A DNA stretch of 64,000 bases from Amoeboaphelidium protococcarum X5 (taxonomy: Eukaryota; Fungi; Aphelidiomycota). The notes under the pieces are model-generated. The model had not been told where the DNA came from and did not search any database. It worked only from the letters and a program-made list of their open reading frames with translations. A program made the translations under genes and the position numbers. Each line of letters opens with the position of its first letter. Position 1 is the stretch's first letter. The DNA lies in contig JALDTO010000136.1 of the NCBI GenBank assembly GCA_023515725.1, positions 1 through 64,000 of the forward strand, given 5' to 3'. Shown here in pieces: positions 28,002 through 41,423 of this stretch.

Positions 28002-29261
28002 ATGCTGCACCGAAGATTGATTAGAAGCATTAATCCCAAGAGGGGATATTTTGTACTGCCTGAAAGTGTGTAGGAGTTGTCTAGCACTATAAGGCAGTGG
28101 GCGGACAAGGAGTTGGCACCGATTGCGAAAGATGTAGACAAGAGAAATGCATTCCCACTGGAGATGTGGCCTAAACTTGGCGAACTGGGCACTCTGGGAA
28201 TCACTGCACCTGAGGTATATGGAGGTATGAACATGGGCTACCTTGCTCATGTCATCGCTATGAAAGATATCAGTCGAGCATCTGCATCTGTTGGTCTCTC
28301 TTACGGAGCTCATTCTAATCTATGTGTGAATCAGCTGGTTAGAAATGGTAGTGAAGAGTAGAAGGAGAAGTATTTGCCCAAGTTGATTTCTGGTGAGTAT
28401 GTTGGAGCTTTGGCAATGAGCGAGCACTCTGCTGGTAGTGATGTTGTGTCTATGAAGTGTCGCGCCGAGAAGGTGCAGGGTGGATATAGACTGACGGGTA
28501 GCAAGTTTTGGATTACCAATGCACCGGATGCCAATGTTCTGATTGTCTATGCAAAGACTGATGTTCAAAAGAATCATATCACGGCATTCATTGTGGATGA
28601 TGATGTTAAAGAGGGATTTACGCGTGGTGAGAAGTTGGATAAGCTGGGTATGCGTGGATCTAACACGGGAGAACTAATCTTTGATAATACTTTCATCCCG
28701 GAGAAGAATGTATTAGGCAAGGTGCACCAGGGTGTCTACGTTCTAATGTCCGGTCTGGATCTAGAACGTCTAGTGCTAAGTGGAGGACCACTGGGAATAA
28801 TGGAAGCTTGCCTTGATGCAGTGGTGCCTTACATTAACGAGAGAAAGCAGTTTAATAAGCCTATTGCAGACTTTCAGCTGGTGCAGGGGATAGTGGCAGA
28901 TATGTACACTAAGCTGAATGCTTCCAAGGCTTACGTGTACTCTGTCGCCCAGGCTGTGGATGATATGATGGCGAGAGACGTGAGCGGTGCTGATGCATCT
29001 GCTGCCACTAAATAGGCGGAGAATGTGGACAAGTACAAGCAGTTGAGGAAGGACTGTGCCGGAGTCATTTTATATTCTGCAGAGCGCGCGACTGAATGTG
29101 CCCTCTCTGCCATCCAATTGCTGGGTGGTAATGGCTACATTGAAGACTATCCAGTGGCCAGATTGCTGCGTGATGCCAAACTGTATGAGATTGGAGCAGG
29201 TACCTCAGAAGTTAGAAGAATGTTGATTGCGCGTGAAATGAACTAGGAATACAGACATTGA
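28002..29261 (+). CDS. IVD: Isovaleryl-CoA dehydrogenase, mitochondrial, 419 aa
   Basis: Arg-rich presequence [77 protein letters not shown]. Confidence 0.95.
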
Positions 29262-29367
29262 ATTAGTAAATATAAAAGGGAATTTCTCTGAATATACTGT
29301 AGTTGATTAATTTTATTTTACAATTTAATTTATTTACTATGCTTCTAGTTGCAATAATAAAGATCAT

Positions 29368-29916
29368 TCATTTACTATGCTAGTGCGGGTAGTTAAACAT
29401 GGGTCTTACTTGGTACAGATTTTATGGGACAGCCTGTGCACTGACACCTTGCACCGCTGTACCCGTCAACTATCCATGAACATTATGCTATTTTTATTAC
29501 TACTATTATAGTGGTTATGCTGGCAGCTAATACTAATGCTATTATGTTTACTAAATCTAGAATTAATCCTACTACAACAACTATTACTATTACTACGGAA
29601 GCTATGTTGATTATTAATGGCTCTGAGGTTGATGCATTGAAGGACGCGTCATTAAAACACTGCCACCACCACCACCACTATTAAAATTATTATTAGCGAA
29701 AGGAGAAGACATTAAGGGCGGTGATTAGATAGGCGCAGGTGGAGGACGATTCCTGGTCATCATATCAATTGCCTGTTGAGCGTAGAATGAAGCAATCTTC
29801 GCATAATGATTCCGGACCATGTCTCGATGTCTAAATCCAGCATTGTGATCTCGCCTAGCTTTCATAGAGTCATGAGTGAGATGTTTATCACAGTAATCGC
29901 AATAGTACTTGGGCAT
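29368..29916 (-). CDS. SNRPC: U1 snRNP protein C (U1-C/Yhc1) with Gln-rich tail, 182 aa
   Basis: U1-type zinc finger MPKYYCDYCDKHLTHDSMKARRDHNAGFRH. The frame continues through many TAA/TAG codons to TGA 29370-29368. Confidence 0.92.
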
Positions 29917-30160
29917 TATTGATTGAATAATCAGATTACAGGTAGTAACTCAACGGGTACGGGAGACAAAAAAAAGACTTTCTGAGCGCGTGTTGATTCA
30001 CCAAGAAATATCTGGAGCGTTTTCTCTTCATTTTCGCGTTTCGTTTCGTTTCTTCTTTTCTTTTCTTATTCTTCAACAACTGACTGACTGGCACAGATTT
30101 TAGTCAATTCAAGTTGATTGTTGATATTTGGTGATATTTGGTGCTTGAAAATATCATAAT

Positions 30161-32320
30161 ATGGACTCTCAGCGGTTGGAAGAGATATTATCGGATGATT
30201 TTGACGTTTCTAAATTGACGATTCCTAATATAAAGAGTATCCTGCTGCACTTTGATGCTCTCCCTTAGAAGCAGTAGCTATCCAATGGCACACCTATGCG
30301 CAAGAATGATTATGTGCAGACATTTCGCTCTTAGATTCATGATAAAAGGCAGTAATTGCGTAGAAAGTATTTAAATGTCAAAGGATCTGCTCGTGGAATT
30401 TAGGCTGTGAATGAGCGTGGTAGTCCGTAAGGCGCGCTTGAAGATGTAGAGTATCAGAAGGAGAATGTACGATCATCCGCATCTTCAGTATCTAAATCTA
30501 GTTTTAACAGAAAGACTAAACAATCTCCTTAGCAGACTGCATCTGTAGATCCTTTTGACAATCCATTCTAGAGACGGCGTTCGCTCAACTATTAATCGAT
30601 GCTTGGTGATGGTAGTAGTGATGATAATAACATTGTTGAACACGCTGGCTATCAATCACCACCCTCTGATGAGATTGAGGTTGGGGGCCGTGGGCGTGGC
30701 CGATCATCTTCTCTTAAAACGCGAAAATCATTGGGCAGAGTCGCTCTGAAGGCAACAAAATAGGATACGGTCTCTCCTGCTCAAGACGCCTCTGCTTAGA
30801 CTCCTAAGGATGAACAAGGTTAGTAATCTGCGAATAGCGTCAGAGGCAAGTCTCCATCCTCTGCGAGACGAAGAAGATCTAGTTCTCGTAAATCTGGCCA
30901 AGGATTGCCTTTAAAGTTCATCAGCCCCACTATTCCATTTCCAATTGCCGGATATTCAGATGTAAGTGAGGTTTTGAAGAAGGCTAAGAAGGATGCTACC
31001 GTTGTACCTACTATGAGCGGTCATGAGAAGTTTGTCGTCTTGGCAAAGGTGGCGATTGCTTTATTAAGTCTAGTAATAGCGTTGGCATCAATTCACTTAT
31101 AACGCTGGAAAAATGTTCCTTATTGCGAATCAGATAGTCCTAGTGAACAGTATACTTTCAGGACGTATAGAGGTATTCCGCTTACTTGGGAATTGCCTGA
31201 ATGTAGGCCGTGTCCTCTTCATGGTAGCTGTCATCCACCATTTGGATTGAAATGTGAGGCTGGATATTTGTTATATCCTCAAGAACATGTTACACTGTTA
31301 TAGGCTATCAATCCGCTGACTTATCTTCTTCCGCCTCGCTGTGTTGCTGATACTATGAAAGGTGAATATGTTGATAAAATGGTCTCTGATGTAGTGTCTT
31401 TACTGGCTAATCATGATGGTGCAGTGATTTGTGGTGGATCTGATGGTGTTTAAGGAATGTCAGAGTCTGCTATTAAATTGTTAATGGAGAAAAAGTATAC
31501 CAAATTGAGCCATGAGAGATTTGAAGTCTATTGGAATGCAACTGTAAATGAGACCGAAAAGGAACTTAAACAATTACCTATCGAATCACACGCTTTTGGT
31601 GAGGAGACTATGTATGTTTCTAAAGAACCTAACTATCCTCCCTTGTGCCGGATCACTATATTTATAAGAGATTCTATTGAGTACTTTAAGTATCATCTGG
31701 TTGTATCGTTGGTGGCATTAATATCTCTAATCTTTGGTTATTACAAATACTTGTCTAGTGTTGCGTATTCTCAAATGGTTGAGCATTATGTCGATGCTGT
31801 GAAGACACTGTTGATAGAGTAGGAAAAGTTGTTTAGAATCCATAAGACTGTAGATTCTGCGGCTTTATCTCAGTATCAACTGCGCGACTTTGTCCTCTCT
31901 AAAGACTTTCCAAAGTTGAAAGATCGTATGAAGGTGTGGTAGTCCGTAGTTGAGGCTTTAATGAACAAGTATGGTGGTGCGTTCGTGAGGGAATGTAACG
32001 CCGTGATTGAAGGAGAGGTGCATGATGGCCTCCAATGGATTGGTGGTGGAGTGTTGAATGAGCATCATTACGCTGGTGGTACTACTAATAATAGTGCTGA
32101 CTTTGCTTCTGATCGCGGACGATCTGCAAGTAGAACTCCTAAGCGGGATTATTATCACTAGGATTAGTATCATGATTAGAGTGCTGCTTCTTATTATTCT
32201 TCTACCTATGGAGATACTAATGGATAGGATTTCGATGATTATAACACGCGTCACTCTACTCAGTAACAATAACAGTCGTACTATGGACCAGTAAATGGCG
32301 TTTACCCAACATTAGAATGA
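30161..32320 (+). CDS. SRC1: Inner nuclear membrane LEM/HeH + MSC domain protein (Src1/Heh1/Man1 family), 719 aa
   Basis: N-terminal DFDVSKLTIPNIKSILL (HeH), TM1 VAIALLSLVIALASI, lumenal YC..PECRPCPLHGSC..C..GY..PPRCVAD, TM2, C-terminal VRECNAVIEGEVHDGLQWIG. Confidence 0.85.
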
Positions 32321-32636
32321 ATTAAGAATGAGAATAACTGAATGAACTCTAATAAAGTTACTATACCAATTACAATTTTTATCTTTTACTTTAAAGTTTT
32401 GTCATTAGTTGTTAGTTGTTAGTTGTTAGTTGTTACAGTAGTAGGTGGAGAACTGGCAGAAATCGTTTCCATGACAGCCAGCAGGACCGAATTTGGCTAC
32501 TTTCATGATGGTGTTGGTATGGTGGATTCAATCAATGATGATTTTATATTGATAAATAGCTTGTTATTGCGTATACTTTTAACGAAATTTATCCCATTAA
32601 TCTTCTAGATAGCGTAAACAATATCAGTGATTTAGA

Positions 32637-35600
32637 ATGAATACCGATGAATTTTTGGCCAAGTACAGTGTCCCTAGTCCGTTGAAGTTTAAACGAGAAT
32701 CATCGAGAGCATCGTTATTATTTCAACCGTCCAATATAGACTTTTGGCTTCTTAGAAGTACTCCAATCTAGGAGAATGTAATCTTCTCTCCAGCTGGCGA
32801 TATTGATTTTGCGCTTCCACCTCCATTATCTGCGTCTCCTAGAGTTCAATAATAGGGATTTGCGTCACCGCTGCGTAAAAGAGATACCACCATGTTTGAG
32901 ATACCTTTCACGGTGGCTGAGAAAGTGCTCGCCGATCCTGATACTGTGCCGCCTCCTGAACCACTCAGCCCTGTAAAGATTCAAGAGTATAGGCTCTCTC
33001 GTATGCTGCCACAGGATATGCAGTTATCCACGTAGTAGTTGTTGTTGTATCCTGATCCTCCAAAGTCACCTCTGCCGCAGCCTTTGATTGAGTAGCCTTA
33101 GTTATTGATCATGAAATCTGGAGTGTTGCTTTCCCAAGTGTCTTCTTAAAATTCATTGAATACATCACAGCGCGGTGCTATTACCGCCGCTGTATCCAAG
33201 TTGTCACTGCCTGATGATGGCGCAGATGCGTATAGCACTTAGTTGAGCACGAGAACTGTGACACAGGGAAACTTTTATAGCTATGATGCCAATTTGAGTA
33301 GTATGGGCTTGGAAGTTGACCGCTCTGCCACTCAGTACTATGACTTCAATGATAGTGCTCCGGATGATGAGCCTTTGCCTTTAGTGACTGCAAAGAAGTC
33401 TTCTCCTACGCCCGTGGCTGAAAGTCAATTTCAAGATGCTGATACTCTCTTTAAGCCGTAGATTGGTGTTATCGCTACTCAAGATTAGATTTACGTATAC
33501 TCGAATGAAGGCGTCCCGTGTCTTTTGTGTGGAATAAGTGACTCCACCTCAGTGGCAGATATTGTTGCCAAGTGGGTCAGTGCTTAGATGGCAAAGTCTA
33601 CTGATAGAGCTGGTGATCAGGAGACTGCAATTCCGACACTTGCTGCTCAAGATTATGGTCTCGTTATCTTGTAAAAAGATCAGCTGAACAAGGTTGTTGA
33701 TTTCATCGATGAGACCAAACAGTATGGAAGCCTAACTCCAGAGTCTGTTGATGATTTGCTTATTATTCGACGCCGCTCACCTCAACTTTTCAATGTGAAG
33801 GTGTAATTTCCTGATAATCAGCACTTGTACGTGTAAAGTTCTCTGTTCACTACCACGGAGCAATTGGTGAGAGATCTTGTGAACTAAGTAGTCAGCTCTA
33901 GTAATGATGAGATGTAAGCTTTCATCTATGACCACGTACCTGAGGATGTTATAGAGAGTTCGAGTGCTGTTATTAAGTAATTGGGTATTTGGAGGCTATC
34001 GCTGGATTCTAGCGAATAAGTGACTGGGTTTTTAAAGATGGACGAGACACCATTCACGCCTTTAGATTCTCAGATTCGATACATTTTGAAGCCTATAGGA
34101 GCCGACAGTAGTATCGAGGATGTAGTCGGCAGTGTAGATCAAGATGAGAATTGTGTATATAGAGTTTATCTATCAACGGGGTAGTATAGAGGAGTCGTGG
34201 CTGCCAATAATACGTCTGCAAGTAATCTATTTAGCGCCTTTTGTAAAACTTTAAAGATTTAGAATGTATTAGGGTAGTCGTTTTAGTGGTCACTTGCTCT
34301 CATAGATCGCGACACAGACTAAATCTCTGAGATTAGTCAGCAGTCAGCTATAACTGAAATTGTCAACAACGGTGGCTAATAAGATTTGTGCCTTGTTAAA
34401 GATGAATAAGGCTTTCAATCTCTAGGTAAAGCATGCATGATCACTTACCATGAGGTTGAGCGTGTATTCTTTGAATGTGCTTCCAATGCTGTAGCAGACC
34501 AGTTTGCGGGTGCCATTTTGGAGGAACTTGCCTCGCTGGATGACATAAAAAGCGCACTGCTTAGCTATGCGTAGTCCATGTCGACTGGCCTGGTTGAGTC
34601 TGACGATACTTCAAGTCACAACGATTAGTCAGTTCAGAATTCTAACAGTGTCCAGATGCCTTCTACAATTACATCTAGTGCAACGAACGTGACTTCAAAG
34701 CGTACCTCTGTTATTGCCTAAGCTTTATCAGGCTAAGACAGTGATTTGATTAAGGACAAGTTGCGTAAGATTTATAGAAATTCTTCTATGGCCTCTAACT
34801 TCTCAGACTTGAAGCCACTTGAGGCGGATACAGGTAAATCTAGCAGGTCTGGTGGATCTGGTGGTATCTCTGCTCAATACGATTAGGATGCAAAGAGACT
34901 GAATAAATTGATATCTGTTCTGGGTCTGCAGGATGAGTCGGATTTAGTCAAGTATTTGCTAGAAAGTAATAATCCGGTGGGTAGTAGCGATAAAAGTAAA
35001 TAGAAAGTGGTGTAACTTCTAGGCCTCAATGATCCTGGTACATTCCGCAGTAGAAGAACTGCAGGTGTAATTTCATAAAGTTCTTTTATGAAGGGTGGCA
35101 AGTCGAGTAGTAAGAAGGGTGGGAAAAGTGGACAATCTTCACCCAAAGTGGAACCTAAAAAATCCAAAGCGAGCCTTCGTGTTGGAGGAGCTGTTACTGC
35201 GGATGAATAGAGTCAGAGTTCTAATTCTAAGCCTTCAGTTGTCAATAACCAGTTCTATGCTCGTATCTATCTGACTAATCAGACATACAAAAGTTTGAAT
35301 TTGCATAAAGACGCCCTGGTGTAAGATGTCATCTTATTGCTTATTGAGAGACTCAATATTAAGGATGATTATGAGCAGTATATGCTTTTCCAGGATGATG
35401 GTGTAACTTAGAAGGTTTTGCAAGCGACTTAAAAGGTGCTGGAAGTTTTAAATGCGTAAAGTGATGGCAGTATTATAGTTTTCAAGAAGAATAAAGCTGT
35501 TCAAAGAGCTTCATCGGAGTCTTTGGCATCTCTCATGTCCGCGTCATCCAAAGATAGGCCTGATATGCGTAAGTCTGTTCTGTTCAATAGACGCGCTGCG

Positions 35601-37124
35601 AAAGTGGCCAATATTCTGGGAGTCAATGACAAGAAGGATCAGTTTAATTCAGAGAATCCTGCTGTGAAGGACATTGTTCACATTTTGAAGACATCTTCAG
35701 TAGTCAAGGAGCGTAAAGTTGAAATTGAATCTATAACAAAGGAAGGATGGCTGGTGCTGGAGAACGGTAAAGATGGCGTTAAGCCGAAAAATAAGAGCCT
35801 TTGGTGCTATATTGAGAATTGCAAATTTATTGTTACCGAGAAGTCCCCCTCCAAAGAGACTGTATAAGTGCTGAAATTAGTTTTGAGCGATTACTTCATT
35901 CAGAAAGGCTAGTAGGGAAGATATTGCATTGAAGTAGTTTCCAAACTTAATGCCGCTGATGTGCATATATTTTACGCAGACTCGGCATCGGCTTGTGATG
36001 GATGGATATTGGCCTTAACGGAGGCTACTAAACGTAAGTCTGCTGGAATATCGAGTCAGTCGTAGAAGCTTAAAGAGCAAGCAGTTTCCATGGATGATTT
36101 TCAAGTGCATAAAGTTTTAGGACGTGGTAAGTTTGGTAAGGTACTGTTGTGTTAGAAGAAGTCCAACGGACAGATTTATGCAATCAAAGTTGTTAAAAAG
36201 TCTGGCATCAGAGATTCTAGAGAGATTCTGAACAACAAGACTGAGAATTAAATTTTGCGTGCCATCAGACATCCATTCATCGTTGGACTGCATTATGCTT
36301 TCTAAACTGATACTCGACTCTACTTGGTATTGGAGTATGTGAATGGAGGAGAGCTATTCTTCCATATTAGCAATTTTGGTAGATTTTCTGAGGAGAGAGT
36401 TAAATTCTATACTGCTGAGCTGTCTCTGGCGCTCCAGTCCCTGCATGGGAAAGGCATTTTGTACCGTGATCTAAAACTAGAAAATATTCTGCTGGATCGT
36501 GATGGCCACGTAAAATTGACCGATTTTGGTTTGAGTAAGGTTAATTCTGATGGAGTAGATAATGCTGATGGTGGTGGCGGTGATGACGATGATAGCGTCA
36601 TTGCCGGCACCTTTGAGTACTTGGCACCCGAAATTATTGGTGGTCTAACGGGAAGTTACGCGGCCGATTGGTGGGCACTGGGTGTTGTCATGTTTGAGAT
36701 GCTCTGCGGCTATCATCCGTTCTACTGTGAGGATCGTGATGAACTTTGTCAGAGAATCATGTACATGAAAATAGAGTACCCTCAGTACGTTTCTGCTGAT
36801 GCACGTGATGCTTTACATAGACTACTGCACAGGGATCCGAACAAGAGATTATGCTGCGGGTCGAAAGGTGCCATTGAGTTGTAGAAACACAAGTTCTTTA
36901 GTTCAATCGACTTTGACTTGCTGTTTAAGAAGGAGCTGCCTGTACCATTCAGACCAGAAGTCAATGATGATCTGGATGTGAAGTATTTTGATGATGACTT
37001 TCTCCAGCAGGACATTGGCGACACTCCAGATAGTGTCAATTCCTATCTCGCCGAGCGGCCGGGAGTGTTTCAAGAATTTGGTTTCAACCAGGACGCGCTC
37101 TCGATTAGATCAAAGAAGATATGA
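32637..37124 (+). CDS. Large AGC-group Ser/Thr kinase (PKB/Akt-like) with PH domain and several putative Ras-association domains, 1495 aa
   Basis: ATG 32637 (in-frame TGA at 32628 upstream) to TGA 37122-37124. PH: ITKEGWL..LWCYIEN..FYADSASACDGWILAL. Kinase: GRGKFGKV, YAIK, HPFIVGLHYAFQT, YRDLKLEN, LTDFGLSK, APE. AGC tail PVPFRP..YFD..FQEFGF. Confidence 0.85.
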
Positions 37125-37368
37125 AGTTTATTGAAGATAGTTAACTTTGAGTACTCACTCGTCTTAGTTTTATGATGACTTGAATAAATATTGCAAATCT
37201 ACAACCATCATCTTGACCTTTGAATTTGGAATGTCCTTTTCTTTTTCAATCTTACCAGCGATGACGACTCCTAGCTGATGAATCACCAATCGAATCTGTC
37301 ACGCGCGGTCGCCCTTACAGATCTTGTGTCTCGCAGACTAAGTCAATCCTACACGCGCGCAAAAGGAA

Positions 37369-37401
37369 TGAGTGAATGAGTGAGTGAGTGAGTGAGTGAG
37401 T
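37369..37401. repeat. (GAGT)n microsatellite upstream of the OSCA gene
   Basis: tgagtgaatgagtgagtgagtgagtgagtgagt. Confidence 0.8.
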
Positions 37402-37536
37402 AAATGTTGATGCGACATTTGATGTGATCGACCATAACGATTTTCTGCTTTTTTCGTTTTTTGATCCCTGATTATACCATCAACTGTTGATAGTAAACAA
37501 TTATATATTCATTAAATTTTACAAAGTTGTAATTTT

Positions 37537-40155
37537 ATGAACATCTTTGAGATTATAGAGAACGGTACTACACCTCAAGTCGCATCGCTAACAGTGGACT
37601 ATGGAATTCAGTTGGTCGGTATTCTCACAACTCTGGCTATTGTTCTGGTTGTGGCCACTACTCTTCTGGCAGTATTTGAATTTCTGCGTCATCGTCTACC
37701 CACTATTTATTGTGCAAAACCACATTATGTAAATGATTATGGATTAAAGCCAGTTAGAATGGGAATATTTGGATGGCTTATATCCGTTATACGATAGAAA
37801 GATGATGGACTGGATAGTATAATCGGATCCGATTAATACCTGCATTTGATGATGATGAAATATGGTGCCCTGTTTTATGCGATTATGGTGTTCATCACCT
37901 TTATTATTGTGATCCCTTGCAATAAATCTGGTGTTATGGGACTGGATGATTTGCAGGGATTGTCCATGTCCAACATAAGGTCTGGTTAGTCCATACTGTG
38001 GGTTCATTACGTTGTGTCTGTTATTATAGTCTCATTAGGATGCGGATATATGTTCCTTATTCACCGGTAGTTCCTTAGCGTTTACAGAAGATTTCTAGTG
38101 CGCAAGTACAACTCAAATAGACGCGATTCTAGGACTGTACTTTTAAAGCATCTCGACCGCGGTCTCCGAGATGAGGTGCGCCTTAGAGCTTATATCGAGT
38201 AGTTGGGCATCGGTGAAGTGGAAGAAGTTAATGTGCATAAGAGATACGGTGCCGTTAGGAGATCAATGCGAAGACGCGATGCAACAACTCGTAGGTTGGA
38301 AGGTGCATATTTCACCTTCTTCCTCAACATGTTGGATGTTAATGGGTAGATATTAAAGATTACTAAGGATAAATTCTAGTACATTAAAAGCAAATGCCCT
38401 ATTAAGCAGTTTGTTTAATATGTTCTGGAGGATTAGTCTATTTTAAGTCAAGTTGACCCGCAGTATGTTCCACTTGTTCGCAAGGGCTTTCCCTGTATAA
38501 ATTAGCGCTAATTAAATGCTTTATCTTATTATCAAGATCTTACAGAAAAGGCTGAGCAGGATCTTGATTACACTAGACAGGTCTAGAATCTGGATGCCAG
38601 GTGCTCCACTAATGCGTTTGTCACTTTTAAGACGGCCAAGTAAGCAATACTTGCATCTCAAGTCAACTTTGGTCTCAAATCTACTATCAAAGCATCTATG
38701 GCTCCGGAACCGCGCGATATACTATGGCCTAGTCTGGATGCATAGACGCAATTAAAGGATGGCCGTCGTTTTCTTATTCTTATTCTCTCTATCTTGATTA
38801 TTATCTTCTGGTTTGTACCGCTGGCATTCATAACTTCTCTCATCAGTCTGAATAAGTTGTCTATGCTCATACCAGGATTCGAGGAGTTTGTGAACAGATC
38901 GCAATTTCTTCGCAGTTTGATAACGAGTGTCCTGCCTCCATTACTGGTGAATATTTTGATGCAACTTCTCCCCATGCTTCTCTGGTTTGTCACTGGCCTG
39001 TAGAAACCAATGACATTTAGCAACTGGATGGAGAGTGCAATGAAGAGATACTATGGTTTCCTAGTGATAAATGTTTTGATATTCGTCAGTCTCGGCACCA
39101 CCTTCCTGGCATCTCTGTCCGTTATACTGAACAATCCTGCTCGGGTTATACCAATTCTCGGTGTTGCATTGCCAGCCGCCTCCGGGTTCTTTATCAATTA
39201 TATTGTGCTCACTTTCAGTGGATTCGCATTATAACTCCTATAGCCACCGAAACTTTGGAGTTTCTTCATCTGGCCGTTCCTGAAAACTCCTAGGTAGAAA
39301 TCCACCAAGCATATGCCACTGCTCCCCGTATTGATATTCATGGTTCCCATGGAAGCGTTGATATTCACCATTGCCTACGTGTATAGCGTGATTGCTCCTT
39401 TGATCACCATCTTTGCCGCCGTCTCAATGTCTCTAAAGTACCTATCATACAAGCACTAGTACATGTACGTATTCAATCCCGTGTATGAAGACGGTGGTCG
39501 CTGGTGGTTAAGTGCGCGATACTTCTTCTGCACTGCCATATGCATATTCATCATCACCATGTGTGGTATATTTGCCCTCAAGTAGGCGTACGTCTAAGCT
39601 GGTCTTATGCTGCCCTTATTTGCGCTTGTGACTGCCATCATGCGACACACTAATTATCCTCGCAATAAAATTCCGCTAGATATTTTTACTTATAAATAGG
39701 ATTGTATTATCACTTAGGCTTAACATGATTAAGAGAAAAAGAATTAGGATCAAGTCTAGAAAGATGTGGAGAGCGGAGAGTCACCACAATCTAACAACAC
39801 CAAAGTGACGGAGAATTTTGATCTACTAGTGGATGCTCAAGAAGGGCACACTAGCGCCGATAGTATGCTCACCTCGATCAAGTAGTATTATAACACCTCC
39901 ATAAATGACCGATATATCGATCCTTGCATGTACAAGGATATAAAGTTGTGGCTCCCCGATGTGTTGATGCCTTTAGCTGATGCGGAGATCAATTGGAATC
40001 TGTGCGGCAAATCTCTGGACAGCAGCAACACGTTAAGCTCTGATGCTTAGTCCAATCCTGCTGCTAATGATAGTAATGATGTTGGTAGTAGAAGTGGTGT
40101 TTTAGATGACCATAATATGAAAAGTGCAAACACTAGTGCAGAAACTCTAGTCTGA
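37537..40155 (+). CDS. OSCA/TMEM63 (CSC1/RSN1/PHM7-family) mechanosensitive channel, 872 aa
   Basis: Multi-TM. FEFLRHRLPTIYCAK, LSMSNI, AFVTFK, APEPRDILW, FWFVPLAFI, FFINYI, YSVIAPLI, YKHQYMYVF..YEDGGRWW, YIDPCM..LWLP. Confidence 0.92.
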
Positions 40156-40382
40156 TGCAGTCTTAAGACTATAATTGCCACTCTATCTCTCCACTGCACT
40201 ATAATTTGTAACTGAAATTAGTGATTATTAACATCAATCTTGATAAAAATTGTATTTCACATACATGACCATTTAATTACTCTCCTTCTTAATCTTCTCA
40301 TTGAATAGACCCAAGATCGCATATATTATACCAATAATCAAATCAGAATTAGAATCAATAAGAGCAATAGCAGAGAGGAATC

Positions 40383-40770
40383 TCATAGAGCCATCAAAGC
40401 ACCAACTGCCCCAGCAACTACAATAACGAGGGCCAGACTAGTCCACAGGATAATATTGAATGGGACCACGTAATCATTATAAGAACAAGCAAGACCGGTA
40501 TATCCAGGCTGACACTGACATTAATAGCACTGAGAGATGGAATTCTATGAACAACTTCCACGACTAGAGCAATTACCCGTATAAGATGAACATGAACTCT
40601 CTGATTTAAAGCAGAAATTGGACGAGTTTTTAGTATATCCATCAAAGGCCCCAAATCTCACCTATTACTACTACTATTATGAAGATGGAGGCGATCCACC
40701 AGAGGATGAATTGTCAGATTATTACTCTTACAAGCCAGACTCTGCTCGCTTATACACAGCGCCATTATAT

Positions 40771-40847
<77 letters not shown>

Positions 40848-41027
40848 TTAATTTCCATTATCCTTCTACTCGGCAGCGTACAGAGATTACAACAGAGCAG
40901 AGTGATTAGCCCGACGATCAGTAATTCGCAACTGCTAGTAATCACTCAAGTCAGAGGCGTCCAAGGCAGCCAACACCAAAAGTCCCAACACACTAATTAC
41001 TACAACTTGTACTAATATTCTCAACAT
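40383..41027 (-). CDS. Predicted single-pass secretory-pathway protein: signal peptide, poly-Gln, EGF-like Cys domain, C-terminal TM (DUF3844-like), 214 aa
   Basis: Signal MLRILVQVVVISVLGLLVLAALDA, then Q27, then CFKSESSCSSYTGNCSSRGSC..CYQCQCQPGYTGLACSYNDYVVPFNIILWTSLALVIVVAGAVGALMAL, TGA. Confidence 0.8.
40770..40850 (-). repeat. (TAG)25 coding microsatellite flanked by TAA (27 Gln)
   Basis: Plus strand (TAC)n at 40771-40847 is in frame with the 41027-40383 CDS as TAA-(TAG)25-TAA. Confidence 0.93.
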
Positions 41028-41423
41028 TTTCTAGACAGTCGCTTTATACAGGTAAAGTACAATTAGAGTTAGAGATGAATCTATAGGATTCTCCAATGGT
41101 AAAGACTAAAGAAAGAAAGAAAGAAAGAATGGGCGGGAGTTCCAAGTCTTTCTCGTTCTCTTTCTCTCCTCTCTCTCTCTCTCGTTGTCTTTCTCTCTTG
41201 GTTCTTTTTGTTGTCTTCCACTCACTCAGAACAAACGAACGAACGAATGAATGAACGAATGAAACGCGTCTCATTTTCTATTTTACAATTCTTCTTCCTC
41301 TATTTTGGGCGTTCTTTTACTGAGCCATTACAGGTCCTTCAATTCTTTATCACTTACTGACTGATTGACTAACAAGCGAACATACATATTCAATAAAAAA
41401 ATACAGAAAAAAGTTGTATAATA

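Noticed and set aside
40618-40945. Poly-Tyr, poly-Thr and poly-Ser ORFs over the (TAC)n tract
   Set aside because: Alternative readings of the microsatellite; only the minus-strand TAG frame links a signal peptide to the EGF-like/TM module.
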